The notes under the pieces: model-generated
Databases searched by the model: none
Told to the model about the DNA's origin: nothing
What the model saw: only the letters and a program-made list of their open reading frames with translations
Shown: piece after piece, positions 1 through 9,089 of the stretch
How positions within the stretch are numbered: the stretch's first letter is position 1
Layout of the letters: each line of letters opens with the position of its first letter
Assembly: GCA_965206745.1 (NCBI GenBank)
Contig: OZ242220.1
Coordinates: 896,001-960,000, forward strand
Direction: 5' to 3'
From: Nitrosopumilus sp.
GTDB lineage: Archaea; Thermoproteota; Nitrososphaeria; Nitrososphaerales; Nitrosopumilaceae
DNA: 64,000 nt
Position numbers and translations under genes: made by a program

Positions 1-500
1 ACATTGAATTTGCACGAGAAAACATCCACTCCACCCTGATTGTACCCTTCGAGCTTTCCTCAGAAAAGGTCCTAGTCTCACTGTCTGGAAGAATCGACAA
101 AATTTTACGAGTCGATCAGACCCTACTAGTCCAGGATGACAAATTTACGGCAAGACCTCAAAGTTATGACTCTAAGGTGCAGCCATACCCTGGTCAGCTA
201 CTGCAGGTTTTGGCATATCTGAACTCTAGTTACTCTGCCAAGAGAAATGCCGGTCCTGAGGATTACTTTGAGATGCCCCACACGCAAAAGAGATGGCAGA
301 TCAGAATCTGTGACAGAAAGACCCGGGAGCCGTACAAGGTATTCTCAGAGATGCAGGATGCCTTTTCACTCCACTATCTGCATGCATCCCTGGAGAAATT
401 TGCAAAAATATCCCTTGGAATTGTATCACCTGAGCACCACAACAGCGTGCCAAAGTGCAATGCATGTAGTTTAAAGTCCTCCTGTGATTACAGGCTTTAG
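1..500 (+). CDS. Cas4-like / PD-(D/E)XK RecB-family nuclease, 5'-truncated by the window edge
   Basis: Frame is open from base 3: ...LSGRIDKIL (motif II), VQDDKF (motif III D/E-x-K), QLLQVLAY (QxxxY) and C-terminal CNACSLKSSC (CxxCx5C Fe-S triad typical of Cas4/AddB). Confidence 0.75.
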   Translation, partial: IEFARENIHSTLIVPFELSSEKVLVSLSGRIDKILRVDQTLLVQDDKFTARPQSYDSKVQPYPGQLLQVLAYLNSSYSAKRNAGPEDYFEMPHTQKRWQIRICDRKTREPYKVFSEMQDAFSLHYLHASLEKFAKISLGIVSPEHHNSVPKCNACSLKSSCDYRL

Positions 501-623
501 AAAATTATGTTGGACTCTTTTGCAGGTTTTGATCACAAATGATGGTCTGTTTGCTGTAACTAGAACTGTTACATGCTTTCTGAGTGTCGGGCCCAAATGT
601 CATTGGGTTGTATTCATCACAAA

Positions 624-1220
624 CTACGCCTTGTTTGATTTCCTCTGTTCGATTCTTCGCTGTTTGTCACGATGCTTTTTACGATATTTTGCTACCTTCT
701 CCCTGTTTTCCTGAGCCCATTTTTTCACATATCTTGCTATCTTCTTCTTGTGTTTTTCCCTGTATTCTTTTCCATACTCTATGAGTTTCTCTTTATTTTT
801 TACTTGCCATTTTTTGCTATACCTTGCCATCTTTGTTTTGTTTTTCTTCATGTACTTTTGATGGGCTATTCTGTATGCCTCTCTGTTTTTCTTGCCATAT
901 TTTTTATGATATTTTGCAATCTTCTCCCTGTGTTCCTTCCTGTATTCTTTGTGGTATTTTTCTAATCTCTTCTTGTGTTTCTGACGGTATCTTTTATGAT
1001 ACTTTAGCATCTTTTTCTCGTTTTTTTGAAACCATTCTTTCTGATATTCTGCTATTCTCTTTTTATTTTTCTTAACCCATTTTTTGCGATATCTTGATAT
1101 CTTGTCCGGGTTTTTCTTGGCCCACTCTTTCTGATATTTTGCCAGCTTCTCCTTGTTCTTTTTCTTGTATTCTTTGGCGTATTTTCTCCTCTTCTCTTTG
1201 TCATATTTGGCTTTTTTCAT
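624..1220 (-). CDS. Highly basic 15-aa tandem-repeat protein (12 units)
   Basis: Units such as KNKEKLAKYQKEWAK, KNPDKISRYRKKWVK, KHKKRLEKYHKEYRK. Lengths add up: 5 aa + 12x15 aa + 13 aa = 198 aa. Confidence 0.75.
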   Translation of the reverse strand: MKKAKYDKEKRRKYAKEYKKKNKEKLAKYQKEWAKKNPDKISRYRKKWVKKNKKRIAEYQKEWFQKNEKKMLKYHKRYRQKHKKRLEKYHKEYRKEHREKIAKYHKKYGKKNREAYRIAHQKYMKKNKTKMARYSKKWQVKNKEKLIEYGKEYREKHKKKIARYVKKWAQENREKVAKYRKKHRDKQRRIEQRKSNKA

Positions 1221-1493
1221 GCAATAATCCCTCCAAACATCATCAAAAAGCGCCTACATTTAACACAAAAAATTTGATCAATCTCCGTTATCTTAACCTA
1301 ACCTCTGCAATTGTAGCAGACTCAGATTTTTTGAATATTGTATGTGAACTAGCATGAGAATGTGGATTAAAACAGATTAATCGTTTTGGCGGCGCTGCAA
1401 TTGTGCTTATAATCTTGTAGGTATATTTGATATTCATATATGGTATGTAATGTACACACTCCTACTTAAAATTATGTAATATTATGGGAATAC

Positions 1494-1724
1494 GTGGCTC
1501 GAAAGCTAAAGATCACTATTTCAGTTGATGACAAATTACTAACGTGGCTAGACAAGGAGATAGAGAAGAACAGGTTTTGGAGTCGCAGCCACGGATTCAG
1601 TTTGGGCTTGGCAAAATTAATGGATGAAACCCTACGCGAGGTCAAAGATGTCAAGCGATTTGATGGCGACCCACTTGATGCCAAACGGTGGGAACGTGAT
1701 CTTGATCAAAAAATACCAAAGTAA
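1494..1724 (+). CDS. Ribbon-helix-helix (CopG/MetJ-like) DNA-binding protein
   Basis: KLKITISVDDKLLTWLDKEIEKNRFWSRS matches the RHH strand-helix-helix pattern. GTG start. Confidence 0.75.
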   Translation: MARKLKITISVDDKLLTWLDKEIEKNRFWSRSHGFSLGLAKLMDETLREVKDVKRFDGDPLDAKRWERDLDQKIPK

Positions 1725-1859
1725 AAGAGTTTGGATGGGGCCTGTAAATGCTGGAATTTGATTTAAAGCACTCACACATCTTTAATGCGGTTTGTCAAAT
1801 CAAAATTGATGCTGAAACTAGGATAAAATAGCAGACAGTAACTTTCATTTTTATACTTG

Positions 1860-2999
1860 TCATGTCTTTGCAATTGCGTCGTGCTTTACAGCAGGTTCTC
1901 TGAGATGCGCAGTCCCCCTGTTTGTTTTATAGCTGCCAGCAGAACTGTCAATTGCAGTGGCATACAAATCCTTGGGGTCAATTCCAGTCTGCTCACTTGA
2001 TGCCTTTTTGCTCTTTTTGCCACTCCACACAAAAAAGCCGGCAGCTACTGCAACGCCCATCCCTGACACTGCATAGATTATTGGAACCTGGGGGTCATCG
2101 GCTGAAGATATGGGTGCCACATCATCAGTTACAAGAAATGCCTCTGTATTTTTGATATAACTCTCCTGCACATACCCTTCCATCTCTATGGTTCCATCAT
2201 CTTGGGATTCTATGAAGCGTACTAGATATTCCTCCCCGTCAATCTCAAATGGTATCGTATGCTCCCTGTCTTGGCAGACTCCCAGGTATACGGTGCAAAT
2301 TCCCATCGAGTAGTTTGTGACTATCGTGCCTGAGAATGCAAATCTTGCAGACTCGCTCATCTTTGCCGTAGGATCAAATATTGACTCCCATTTTGAAAGC
2401 GGCAGCTCCAAGAGGCCTGAGGCATCAAGCAATCTCAAATCCAACTGCTCTATCACATCGGACTCTGAGAGATATTCTGTCACCTGTGGCATCTTGACAA
2501 ACGCAGAGATTGGGGAGTTGATATCAAATGTGCCAAACTCAGTCTCTATTGGGACCATTCCCTCGATATCAAATCCCCTCCACTGCGAATCAAGTACCGA
2601 GTCTGTGACAAAATGACCCTGCATGGTTGGGCGTAGTACTATCTTGTATTCCACTGATGCTGACTCTGCCTGTGGCGTAATTACAGCCGAGTACTCCCCG
2701 GAAATACCAGTCACCCTGACAAATGACTTCTCTTGAAGTTCAGAGTTTATCGCATCACTTAGTATCTCTCCGTTTTGAGAGTCAATATCAAATGTTACTA
2801 TCTGCTGAGACTCTCCAAACAACTCTGCTAGCTTGCTCTGCTCGGGATACTGAAACGATACAACTCTTGTAAACGTGTAAACTGGTACAAACTCTTCAGA
2901 GTTCTTTGGGATTGCGACATCCAGCTGGACTGCATGTGCCGGGATGAGAAAAGCAATCATGGCCAGCATGACTCCCATTGAGAGATACCTTGCCTGCAT
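1860..2999 (-). CDS. Secreted, C-terminally membrane-anchored hypothetical protein
   Basis: N-terminal signal peptide, long acidic ectodomain, TM helix (IIYAVSGMGVAVAAGFFVW) followed by a basic stretch. Confidence 0.7.
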   Translation of the reverse strand: MQARYLSMGVMLAMIAFLIPAHAVQLDVAIPKNSEEFVPVYTFTRVVSFQYPEQSKLAELFGESQQIVTFDIDSQNGEILSDAINSELQEKSFVRVTGISGEYSAVITPQAESASVEYKIVLRPTMQGHFVTDSVLDSQWRGFDIEGMVPIETEFGTFDINSPISAFVKMPQVTEYLSESDVIEQLDLRLLDASGLLELPLSKWESIFDPTAKMSESARFAFSGTIVTNYSMGICTVYLGVCQDREHTIPFEIDGEEYLVRFIESQDDGTIEMEGYVQESYIKNTEAFLVTDDVAPISSADDPQVPIIYAVSGMGVAVAAGFFVWSGKKSKKASSEQTGIDPKDLYATAIDSSAGSYKTNRGTAHLREPAVKHDAIAKT

Positions 3000-3099
3000 G
3001 TATTGTATAACACTGTCATTCTATAAAACAAGAATGAGGGATTATCTTCTTTGGGAAACCGCACCTGTTTTTTTATATCATTTGCATCATTGCATATTC

Positions 3100-3399
3100 A
3101 TGCAAAAAATCAGAATCCTTTCTGGACTGTTTGTTGTCGCACTAGCGATTGCACTTGTGCAACCTGCTTTTGCACAGTATGACGTCTCAGATAGTGGAAT
3201 ATACCAAGCAATGGAGGCCTCAAAGAACAAGGTTGCACTTGCAACCAGTGATGACGCGCTAGGTTCTGGCACCCCGATCTTTGCTGCAGACGGAGTACTT
3301 GGAGCATCGATTCTCTCAGCGGGAATCTTTGGAGGAATAGCCGGAATGCTGTTTGTCCGAGGCAGAAAGGGCAAGTATGCCGCAATGGGCAGGGGATGA
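3100..3399 (+). CDS. Small membrane-anchored hypothetical protein
   Basis: Start reassigned to ATG 3100 (MQKIRILSGLF...AFA, a signal peptide). C-terminal TM followed by RGRKGK. Confidence 0.65.
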   Translation: MQKIRILSGLFVVALAIALVQPAFAQYDVSDSGIYQAMEASKNKVALATSDDALGSGTPIFAADGVLGASILSAGIFGGIAGMLFVRGRKGKYAAMGRG

Positions 3400-3489
3400 T
3401 CTCCTCTTTTTGTGCCTGATTCTCCCTGATTATTTAAGGAAAATTATTTTTCTCAAATAAAGTAAAAATAGTATTTCTTAAGTATCATT

Positions 3490-4017
3490 TTGACGTATTG
3501 TATGGTGATGCCAAACCAGTTCTCTCAACTATTGTGCATGGATACAATAAGAAATGCAAATAACCATCTTGAGCCTGGGGAACGTACCATGCTTGCTTGC
3601 AAGAACAAGCTCCCAGAATCCAGCGTAAAGGCCGCATTGTCAATACTCAAAGATCACGATTATGCCCTATGGATTGAGCTTCACGAGCACAACCTGGCTG
3701 AAAAGATCATCGGAATATACTCTGATTCGGTAAAGCGCCATATTCTTTTGCTAATAGACAAGCCTATTTCAAAAGACGAGTTGCTCAACCAGTGTGGGGC
3801 TTCACAGTCCTCGGCATATAGAAAGTTCAACGAGCTGTTGCAAGATGGCTTTATTCTGCCGGTGGGATACACAAAGTCTGGAAAACGCATACGACTGTAT
3901 GACAAAACAATCACAAAGGCTGAGTTTAGCGTTTCCACAAAAGTAAGCCAAATCAGACTTCAGGTGAACCTGACACGTTTGCCAAAACGTCCAATAGGAG
4001 AGCCCGTTTATCCATGA
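3490..4017 (+). CDS. Winged-helix transcriptional regulator-like protein (start uncertain)
   Basis: HILLLIDKPISKDELLNQCGASQSSAYRKFNELLQDGFI resembles an ArsR/HTH wHTH. Confidence 0.6.
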   Translation: MTYCMVMPNQFSQLLCMDTIRNANNHLEPGERTMLACKNKLPESSVKAALSILKDHDYALWIELHEHNLAEKIIGIYSDSVKRHILLLIDKPISKDELLNQCGASQSSAYRKFNELLQDGFILPVGYTKSGKRIRLYDKTITKAEFSVSTKVSQIRLQVNLTRLPKRPIGEPVYP

Positions 4018-4598
4018 CCTCGATGGAGACTCTCCTTGCCACCTCTTTTGAAAAAAAGTTTTCAGATTTTGTCGGGGATGTGGAAATTGCAAAGATCAAG
4101 GATACCGTTTTTGAACAGTACCACATGACCCTGTTATCATCCATTAAGGATTTTGAAAAGTTCCAATCCATCACAGGCCAGGTCTTGGGCGACGTTGGAA
4201 CGCCGCTGATAAAAAAGACCCTGGAATCCATCTGCTGCCTTGAATCAAAGTCAGAGCACGTCCTTGAGATCAAAGACGAATCCCTAAAGACTGCAATCCT
4301 TACATCCTTTGAGGATGACGTAAAAAAACAGATTCTAGACATCGCATTTGACTATCCTCTAACCCTGTGGGAGATTGCATCTAGGACCAACATCGAACCC
4401 GGCATTCTCTCACAGAACATATCACAACTGATATCTCACGGCCTGCTTGCAACAAGTGATTTGGAGGATTCTGAAAAGAACAAAAAATACTGTTCTGTAA
4501 TAGACAACTTTTCAGTCAAGATTCAAGGTGATGAATTTCACATGTATGTTACAATCAACGAGATTGCAAATACGGATCCTCTAAGAATCGTCTGCTAG
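4014..4598 (+). CDS. Winged-helix transcriptional regulator-like protein
   Basis: KKQILDIAFDYPLTLWEIASRTNIEPGILSQNISQLISHGLL wHTH. ATGA overlap with the upstream gene. Confidence 0.65.
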   Translation: MTSMETLLATSFEKKFSDFVGDVEIAKIKDTVFEQYHMTLLSSIKDFEKFQSITGQVLGDVGTPLIKKTLESICCLESKSEHVLEIKDESLKTAILTSFEDDVKKQILDIAFDYPLTLWEIASRTNIEPGILSQNISQLISHGLLATSDLEDSEKNKKYCSVIDNFSVKIQGDEFHMYVTINEIANTDPLRIVC

Positions 4599-4755
4599 TG
4601 CGGTTTTAGTTTCATGCCTACTGGCATTCCAATCTTGGCTGAATGTTGCTGGCAAAGATGCCTCAAAAAATGACTTGACTGCAGGCAGATTATCTGCACT
4701 GTTCCAGTCCGATATCCATTAATAGTTGACCTGTATAATCTAGGTTGACCTAGAT

Positions 4756-5337
4756 ATGACAAGTCAATCTGAGCCCAACTCTGAATCATCTGAGCGTGAA
4801 CGAATCGTATTTGAGTTCATACGTGATAATCCCAATCTGCATCATAACGGGCTGATAAAGCTGATTGTTCCAGAATTTATGGCAAAGACTACCTTTGAGA
4901 AAACCCGTGACTCCCTATTGGAGAAGCAAGTAATCTCCGTGACTGCTCGCAGAAACATGAAGTTCTATTCTCCTGCTGAAAATTATGAGGCAAGACTCTA
5001 CCATCGCATCGAGATGCATGCCAACTCCTCTTACCATGACTTGAAACTGAGAATCAAAAAATTGGGCAGCGACTATTCCCACAAGGATGCAGATGAAAAG
5101 ATCTCATTGGCAACACTGATACTACAAAATTTGATTCGCACAGATGGCGGATTTACATTGCTGGATTCTGCAAAAAACCCGAAAAAGACGCTATACCGTG
5201 ATGAGCACCTGACTATACAGCAGCTGATCAACTACATCTTTGAACTGGTGCGAAATGACAGGGATTTTGAGATCATCTTTCCTGCCATCATTGGCAATCT
5301 GGGAACAATGGTGCCTCAGGGCAGTTTGGATAAATAG
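4756..5337 (+). CDS. Hypothetical protein with N-terminal wHTH-like region
   Basis: ERIVFEFIRDNPNLHHNGLIKLIV...KTTFEKTRDSLLEKQVI pattern. Confidence 0.55.
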   Translation: MTSQSEPNSESSERERIVFEFIRDNPNLHHNGLIKLIVPEFMAKTTFEKTRDSLLEKQVISVTARRNMKFYSPAENYEARLYHRIEMHANSSYHDLKLRIKKLGSDYSHKDADEKISLATLILQNLIRTDGGFTLLDSAKNPKKTLYRDEHLTIQQLINYIFELVRNDRDFEIIFPAIIGNLGTMVPQGSLDK

Positions 5338-5381
5338 GACTTTATCTAGTTATTTATTCGGGCTTGTCATATCAGATTCAA

Positions 5382-5621
5382 ATGGGTTTGCTGTATACCA
5401 AATTTTACATGGATTTTGAGGATGATGAGTGGAGCCAAATCTCAAATGATCCCATCATCTTTCAGACCATCAAAGATGACGTGAATCTTGAGATTGAAGA
5501 CTCGTCGCTCAAGTCCTACAAGCTCATGTTCAAGAAAGGTGGCAAGATTCACATGTTTAGGGTCACCGGCAAGTTTCGCCTAACGTGGGATGATGAGGAC
5601 CTGCTCAACTCTATAAAATAA
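5382..5621 (+). CDS. Hypothetical protein
   Basis: ATG 5382 (MGLLYTKFY...), typical coding composition. Confidence 0.6.
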   Translation: MGLLYTKFYMDFEDDEWSQISNDPIIFQTIKDDVNLEIEDSSLKSYKLMFKKGGKIHMFRVTGKFRLTWDDEDLLNSIK

Positions 5622-5646
5622 TAATGGGAATATCTCACAAAATGAC

Positions 5647-5877
5647 ATGTCCCTAGAGGAAGAAATCAGGATGATTCTAGATGATTTTGAATCTGTAAAA
5701 TCCCAAAAGATTGTTGATACTTTGAGTCAGATCAAGCCCCATTTCAAAAATGATCTGATTTCAGAATATCTGCAGGGAAAGATCCAAAAAATCCTGGATT
5801 CTGCAGACGAGTCCGATAGAAAGATACAATGTAAAGCACTGATGCCCTATTTTGACTGGTACCTGCAAGGGCTGTAG
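5647..5877 (+). CDS. Hypothetical protein
   Basis: 76-aa ORF filling the gap, typical coding composition. Confidence 0.6.
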   Translation: MSLEEEIRMILDDFESVKSQKIVDTLSQIKPHFKNDLISEYLQGKIQKILDSADESDRKIQCKALMPYFDWYLQGL

Positions 5878-5879
5878 GT

Positions 5880-6305
5880 TTAATCTGAAAAATTATTTAT
5901 TTTTGCCAGTGCCGTCTTGATGGTCTCCAGATCCCTTCTTCCCTGAATCATGTCCCCCACCAATCTGATATAGTACTCGTGTCCGATGTCTTCTGCCTTG
6001 TGAATGTCTGACTCGTAGCACGACAGAGCCCTTTCCAGAAACTCTTTTTCGTCTCTTAGTTTGGCCATATCTTTGGTGCTTTGCAGGCCGGAGTGAATCT
6101 TTTTGATTACCTCGCTGATTTTTGGGACCGTCTTTCTTGCCTGCTCATTTAAAACAGATGAAAACATCCCTGGCGAGTCTTTTATCTCTGGGCTGCCGCT
6201 GAGTGTCTTTAATCTGTTTTTGTAGTGTGTCAGTGACTTTAAAATTATCTCATAGCCTCCCTCATCTTTGAGGTATATCGCCCCTAGCCAAATTTTTCCA
6301 GCCAT
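5880..6305 (-). CDS. Hypothetical protein
   Basis: 141-aa helical ORF convergent with the upstream gene. Confidence 0.65.
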   Translation of the reverse strand: MAGKIWLGAIYLKDEGGYEIILKSLTHYKNRLKTLSGSPEIKDSPGMFSSVLNEQARKTVPKISEVIKKIHSGLQSTKDMAKLRDEKEFLERALSCYESDIHKAEDIGHEYYIRLVGDMIQGRRDLETIKTALAKINNFSD

Positions 6306-6395
6306 GTGTCATTGTGATTTGTCCGAGTTATAATTTAGTTTTTAATTTTGCAAGCGATTTTGGTTTGATCCTCCTGTAATCTGTGGGCTCAAACG

Positions 6396-6611
6396 TCAGT
6401 TCTCTCTGATTGCCGGCTCGTTCTTGCTGATAAGGTACAGCAAAACGCCTGCAAGGCAGACCCCCATCCCGCTGATGCCTCCAAACGTGCCTACATTTTT
6501 GATGAATCGCAGTTCCTGGTTTGACTCTCCCAGTTCAATTGAATAAAACATTATCAGACCAGTTCCAAACATGATGATACCCACGATGATTATTCCGATG
6601 GACATCTTCAT
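6396..6611 (-). CDS. Small two-TM membrane protein
   Basis: Two hydrophobic segments in 71 aa. Confidence 0.6.
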   Translation of the reverse strand: MKMSIGIIIVGIIMFGTGLIMFYSIELGESNQELRFIKNVGTFGGISGMGVCLAGVLLYLISKNEPAIREN

Positions 6612-6845
6612 ACCCTCTCTGATTTGTTCTGATTAATAAACGGCAAAAATGCATTCCCGGTGAGCAGATCCTCAAAAATATCTGTTCCTGATTTATCTGC
6701 CAAGATTACAACTTGGAAGTGTTGCTAAACGGTACGGGATCTAAAATTCAAATCCGATCTCAAAAGTATGGTTGGCAAAGATCAAACGTGTTTACTCAAT
6801 TGAGCATGGCTCCAAAGGGATGGGCATGTCTTTTTTGAAAACATC

Positions 6846-7463
6846 TCACCGTATCTTTACTGTGATCTCCTCCCCGTTGCCTATCGGTGATGTGACTGTC
6901 CTTACTCGAGGGTTTGCCTTGATGTACTCTGAGAATCTTTTCATCTCGGGCCTGTATTTTTCTGGGTACAGCATGTTGTCTGTAATTATTATCCCTCCTG
7001 CAGATACCATTGGAAGGATCAGATCAAAGTACTCTTTGAGATTCTCCTTGTCTGCATCAATCAAGACAAAATCAAAAAAATCACTGTACCTATTTTGAGA
7101 GTTTAGTTCTGTTAGTATGTTCATTGCCTGTCCCTCTTTTATCACAACTCTCTCTGATAATCCAGCTCGCTGAAGGTTTTCCCTTGCCCTTTTGATTTTA
7201 TTTGGATTCTGCTCTATTGTGATAATCTCACCCAAGTTCTCTGAGATTGCCTCGACACACCATATCGTTGAATATCCAGTTGATGTCCCAACCTCGAGCA
7301 TGTTTTTTGCATTTTTTAGGCGCAAAATCATGTTTATCATCTTGCCTGTCTCTTTGGTGATTGCAAGCATTCTGTCCTCTGGTGCCACATCCACTTTTCT
7401 TGATTTTTCAAGAACCGATTGGTCTTCTAATTCGTTGAGGACATCCTCGATGGATTTCTTCAT
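6846..7463 (-). CDS. SAM-dependent O-methyltransferase (family 3 / CCoAOMT-like)
   Basis: MLEVGTSTGYSTIW, FDFVLIDADK and GGIIITDN motifs. Confidence 0.9.
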   Translation of the reverse strand: MKKSIEDVLNELEDQSVLEKSRKVDVAPEDRMLAITKETGKMINMILRLKNAKNMLEVGTSTGYSTIWCVEAISENLGEIITIEQNPNKIKRARENLQRAGLSERVVIKEGQAMNILTELNSQNRYSDFFDFVLIDADKENLKEYFDLILPMVSAGGIIITDNMLYPEKYRPEMKRFSEYIKANPRVRTVTSPIGNGEEITVKIR

Positions 7464-7562
7464 ATGATCGGGATGAATTTGAATTGATTTAACTTTATTT
7501 TTTATTCTTTTTATTGAAACATTTGATAGCTTATATTTAGCAAATCTTTTTTTAATACAGAA

Positions 7563-7940
7563 ATGGCAGCAAAAAAGGTCGATTTACTTGGTGTTGTTCA
7601 AAAGATCCTTGCACTAGACACAAAGATGAGGTTTGCAGCAATCATTGATCCAAAGGGCAATATTCGCGAGGCCATTATGAAGGCAGGAAAGACTAATTTA
7701 AAGAATCAAAAAGAGGAGGAGCATTTCTGCCAGCAGGTTGCCCAGAGACGCTCTATGAGAAAAGAGTTTGACAAGTCTCTTGGCAAGGTCCGATACGTTC
7801 ATGTCGAAAGAGAAAAGGTATCACAGATGGTGATTTACACTAAACGAAACATTGTATATTTTACCATGGAACCAGAAATGCCAATTGACACCAAAATACG
7901 ACTAATCACCAAGATCAAGAAATTTACCCTTGACATCTAG
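7563..7940 (+). CDS. Thaumarchaeal roadblock/profilin-like hypothetical protein (DUF6659-like)
   Basis: ILALDTKMRFAAIIDPKG...FDKSLGKVRYVHVEREKV pattern. Confidence 0.6.
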   Translation: MAAKKVDLLGVVQKILALDTKMRFAAIIDPKGNIREAIMKAGKTNLKNQKEEEHFCQQVAQRRSMRKEFDKSLGKVRYVHVEREKVSQMVIYTKRNIVYFTMEPEMPIDTKIRLITKIKKFTLDI

Positions 7941-7955
7941 GCCTTTTTAGCAACT

Positions 7956-8312
7956 TTGGATATGGCCATCAAGTATTTCCGTGATTCAAAAATGTTCGAG
8001 TATGACAAGTTTTATCAAGACTGTCGGCAACAAAATCGGCCCTTCATCAAGGCAAAAATAAATCCCCTGCATGGCAACTATTTTGTCGAGTTGGATTTGA
8101 TAACGTGCAACCACACATTGTCTGAGAAGGCACAACAACAGATTGGCAAACTGCTGCAAGATGAGATGGAGTATGTCAAATCAAACCTGGATTATTCTTT
8201 TGAGGACTTTCATATTGGTGAAGAGCAGGCATGGTTTGACGGGGTGTACTCTGAGCACGTTGATGCTTTTTGCAGTTCCCTGTATGATTTGGCTGAAAAA
8301 AATCAAGATTAA
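7956..8312 (+). CDS. Hypothetical protein (start uncertain)
   Basis: 118-aa ORF with coding composition. Confidence 0.55.
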   Translation: MDMAIKYFRDSKMFEYDKFYQDCRQQNRPFIKAKINPLHGNYFVELDLITCNHTLSEKAQQQIGKLLQDEMEYVKSNLDYSFEDFHIGEEQAWFDGVYSEHVDAFCSSLYDLAEKNQD

Positions 8313-8515
8313 AACCGTATCAAATTTTTTAAAATTTTGTCAATGACTTGAATCTCTTCTTTCCGTTCTTTTATCGCAGACTGATTCCATTCTTTTGCAA
8401 ACTCTGACTCTCTGTCCATCTTTTCTAAAACTTCAATGTACTTTACAAGGTGAATTTTGTAGTCGTGAAGCAGATCCAGATGCTTGTTGTGATTCTTCTC
8501 AGTCGGTGTGGCCAT
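8309..8515 (-). CDS. Hypothetical protein
   Basis: 68-aa helical ORF overlapping the stop region of the upstream gene. Confidence 0.55.
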   Translation of the reverse strand: MATPTEKNHNKHLDLLHDYKIHLVKYIEVLEKMDRESEFAKEWNQSAIKERKEEIQVIDKILKNLIRF

Positions 8516-8732
8516 CCCATTCCTCCTCTGCCATATCTGGGAACATGTCCCTTATGCGCTTTTTGTCTTTTTGCATTGCCTCTATCCTCTTCTCCAGGTG
8601 GCTTTTGACTGCCGGCTCTGCCTCCTGTTCTTTCTCACCCTCGATATCTGAGATGATTTTGGATAGCGATTTATAATATGAGATGTGGTTTTTTTTCGAC
8701 TCCTCTGATGTGTCCTCTTTTTTTACATCCAT
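8499..8732 (-). CDS. Hypothetical protein
   Basis: 77-aa charged helical ORF. Confidence 0.6.
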   Translation of the reverse strand: MDVKKEDTSEESKKNHISYYKSLSKIISDIEGEKEQEAEPAVKSHLEKRIEAMQKDKKRIRDMFPDMAEEEWDGHTD

Positions 8733-8816
8733 CGTATCTTATGATACTGTTGAAAATAAGTACTTGATCCTTTGGTATTTGTTTACATTAATATTGAAAT
8801 TATGTTGTCAAAACAT

Positions 8817-9089
8817 GTGAAAATCCTTATCGACGAGATGGATGATGGATGGGATGAGAAACTCAAAGAATTAGGCCATGATGCATATAGTGTCAAAAAA
8901 TTACGTGTAGATGGCCATAAATTGGGGACTGATTACTCTGTGATTAATTATGCTAAAGAAAATGACATGGTCCTAGTAACTCGTGATACTGAAAACGGTC
9001 AGGCATGTGAAGAAAATGGATTGCCATACATATTGTTAGATAATAACGAGATTTTTAAAATCGTATTGGATAAACTAAAAGATTCCTAG
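8817..9089 (+). CDS. PIN-like (DUF5615/Mut7-C-like) domain protein
   Basis: GTG start (MKILIDEM...LKELGHDA...DYSVINYAKENDMVLVTRD), the PIN-like signature. Confidence 0.75.
   Translation: MKILIDEMDDGWDEKLKELGHDAYSVKKLRVDGHKLGTDYSVINYAKENDMVLVTRDTENGQACEENGLPYILLDNNEIFKIVLDKLKDS

Noticed and set aside
484-1357. Phe/Leu-rich + strand ORFs
   Set aside because: Antisense shadows of the Lys-rich repeat gene.
8817-9089. PIN toxin-antitoxin module
   Set aside because: No co-oriented antitoxin gene: the upstream neighbour is divergent and the downstream one convergent.
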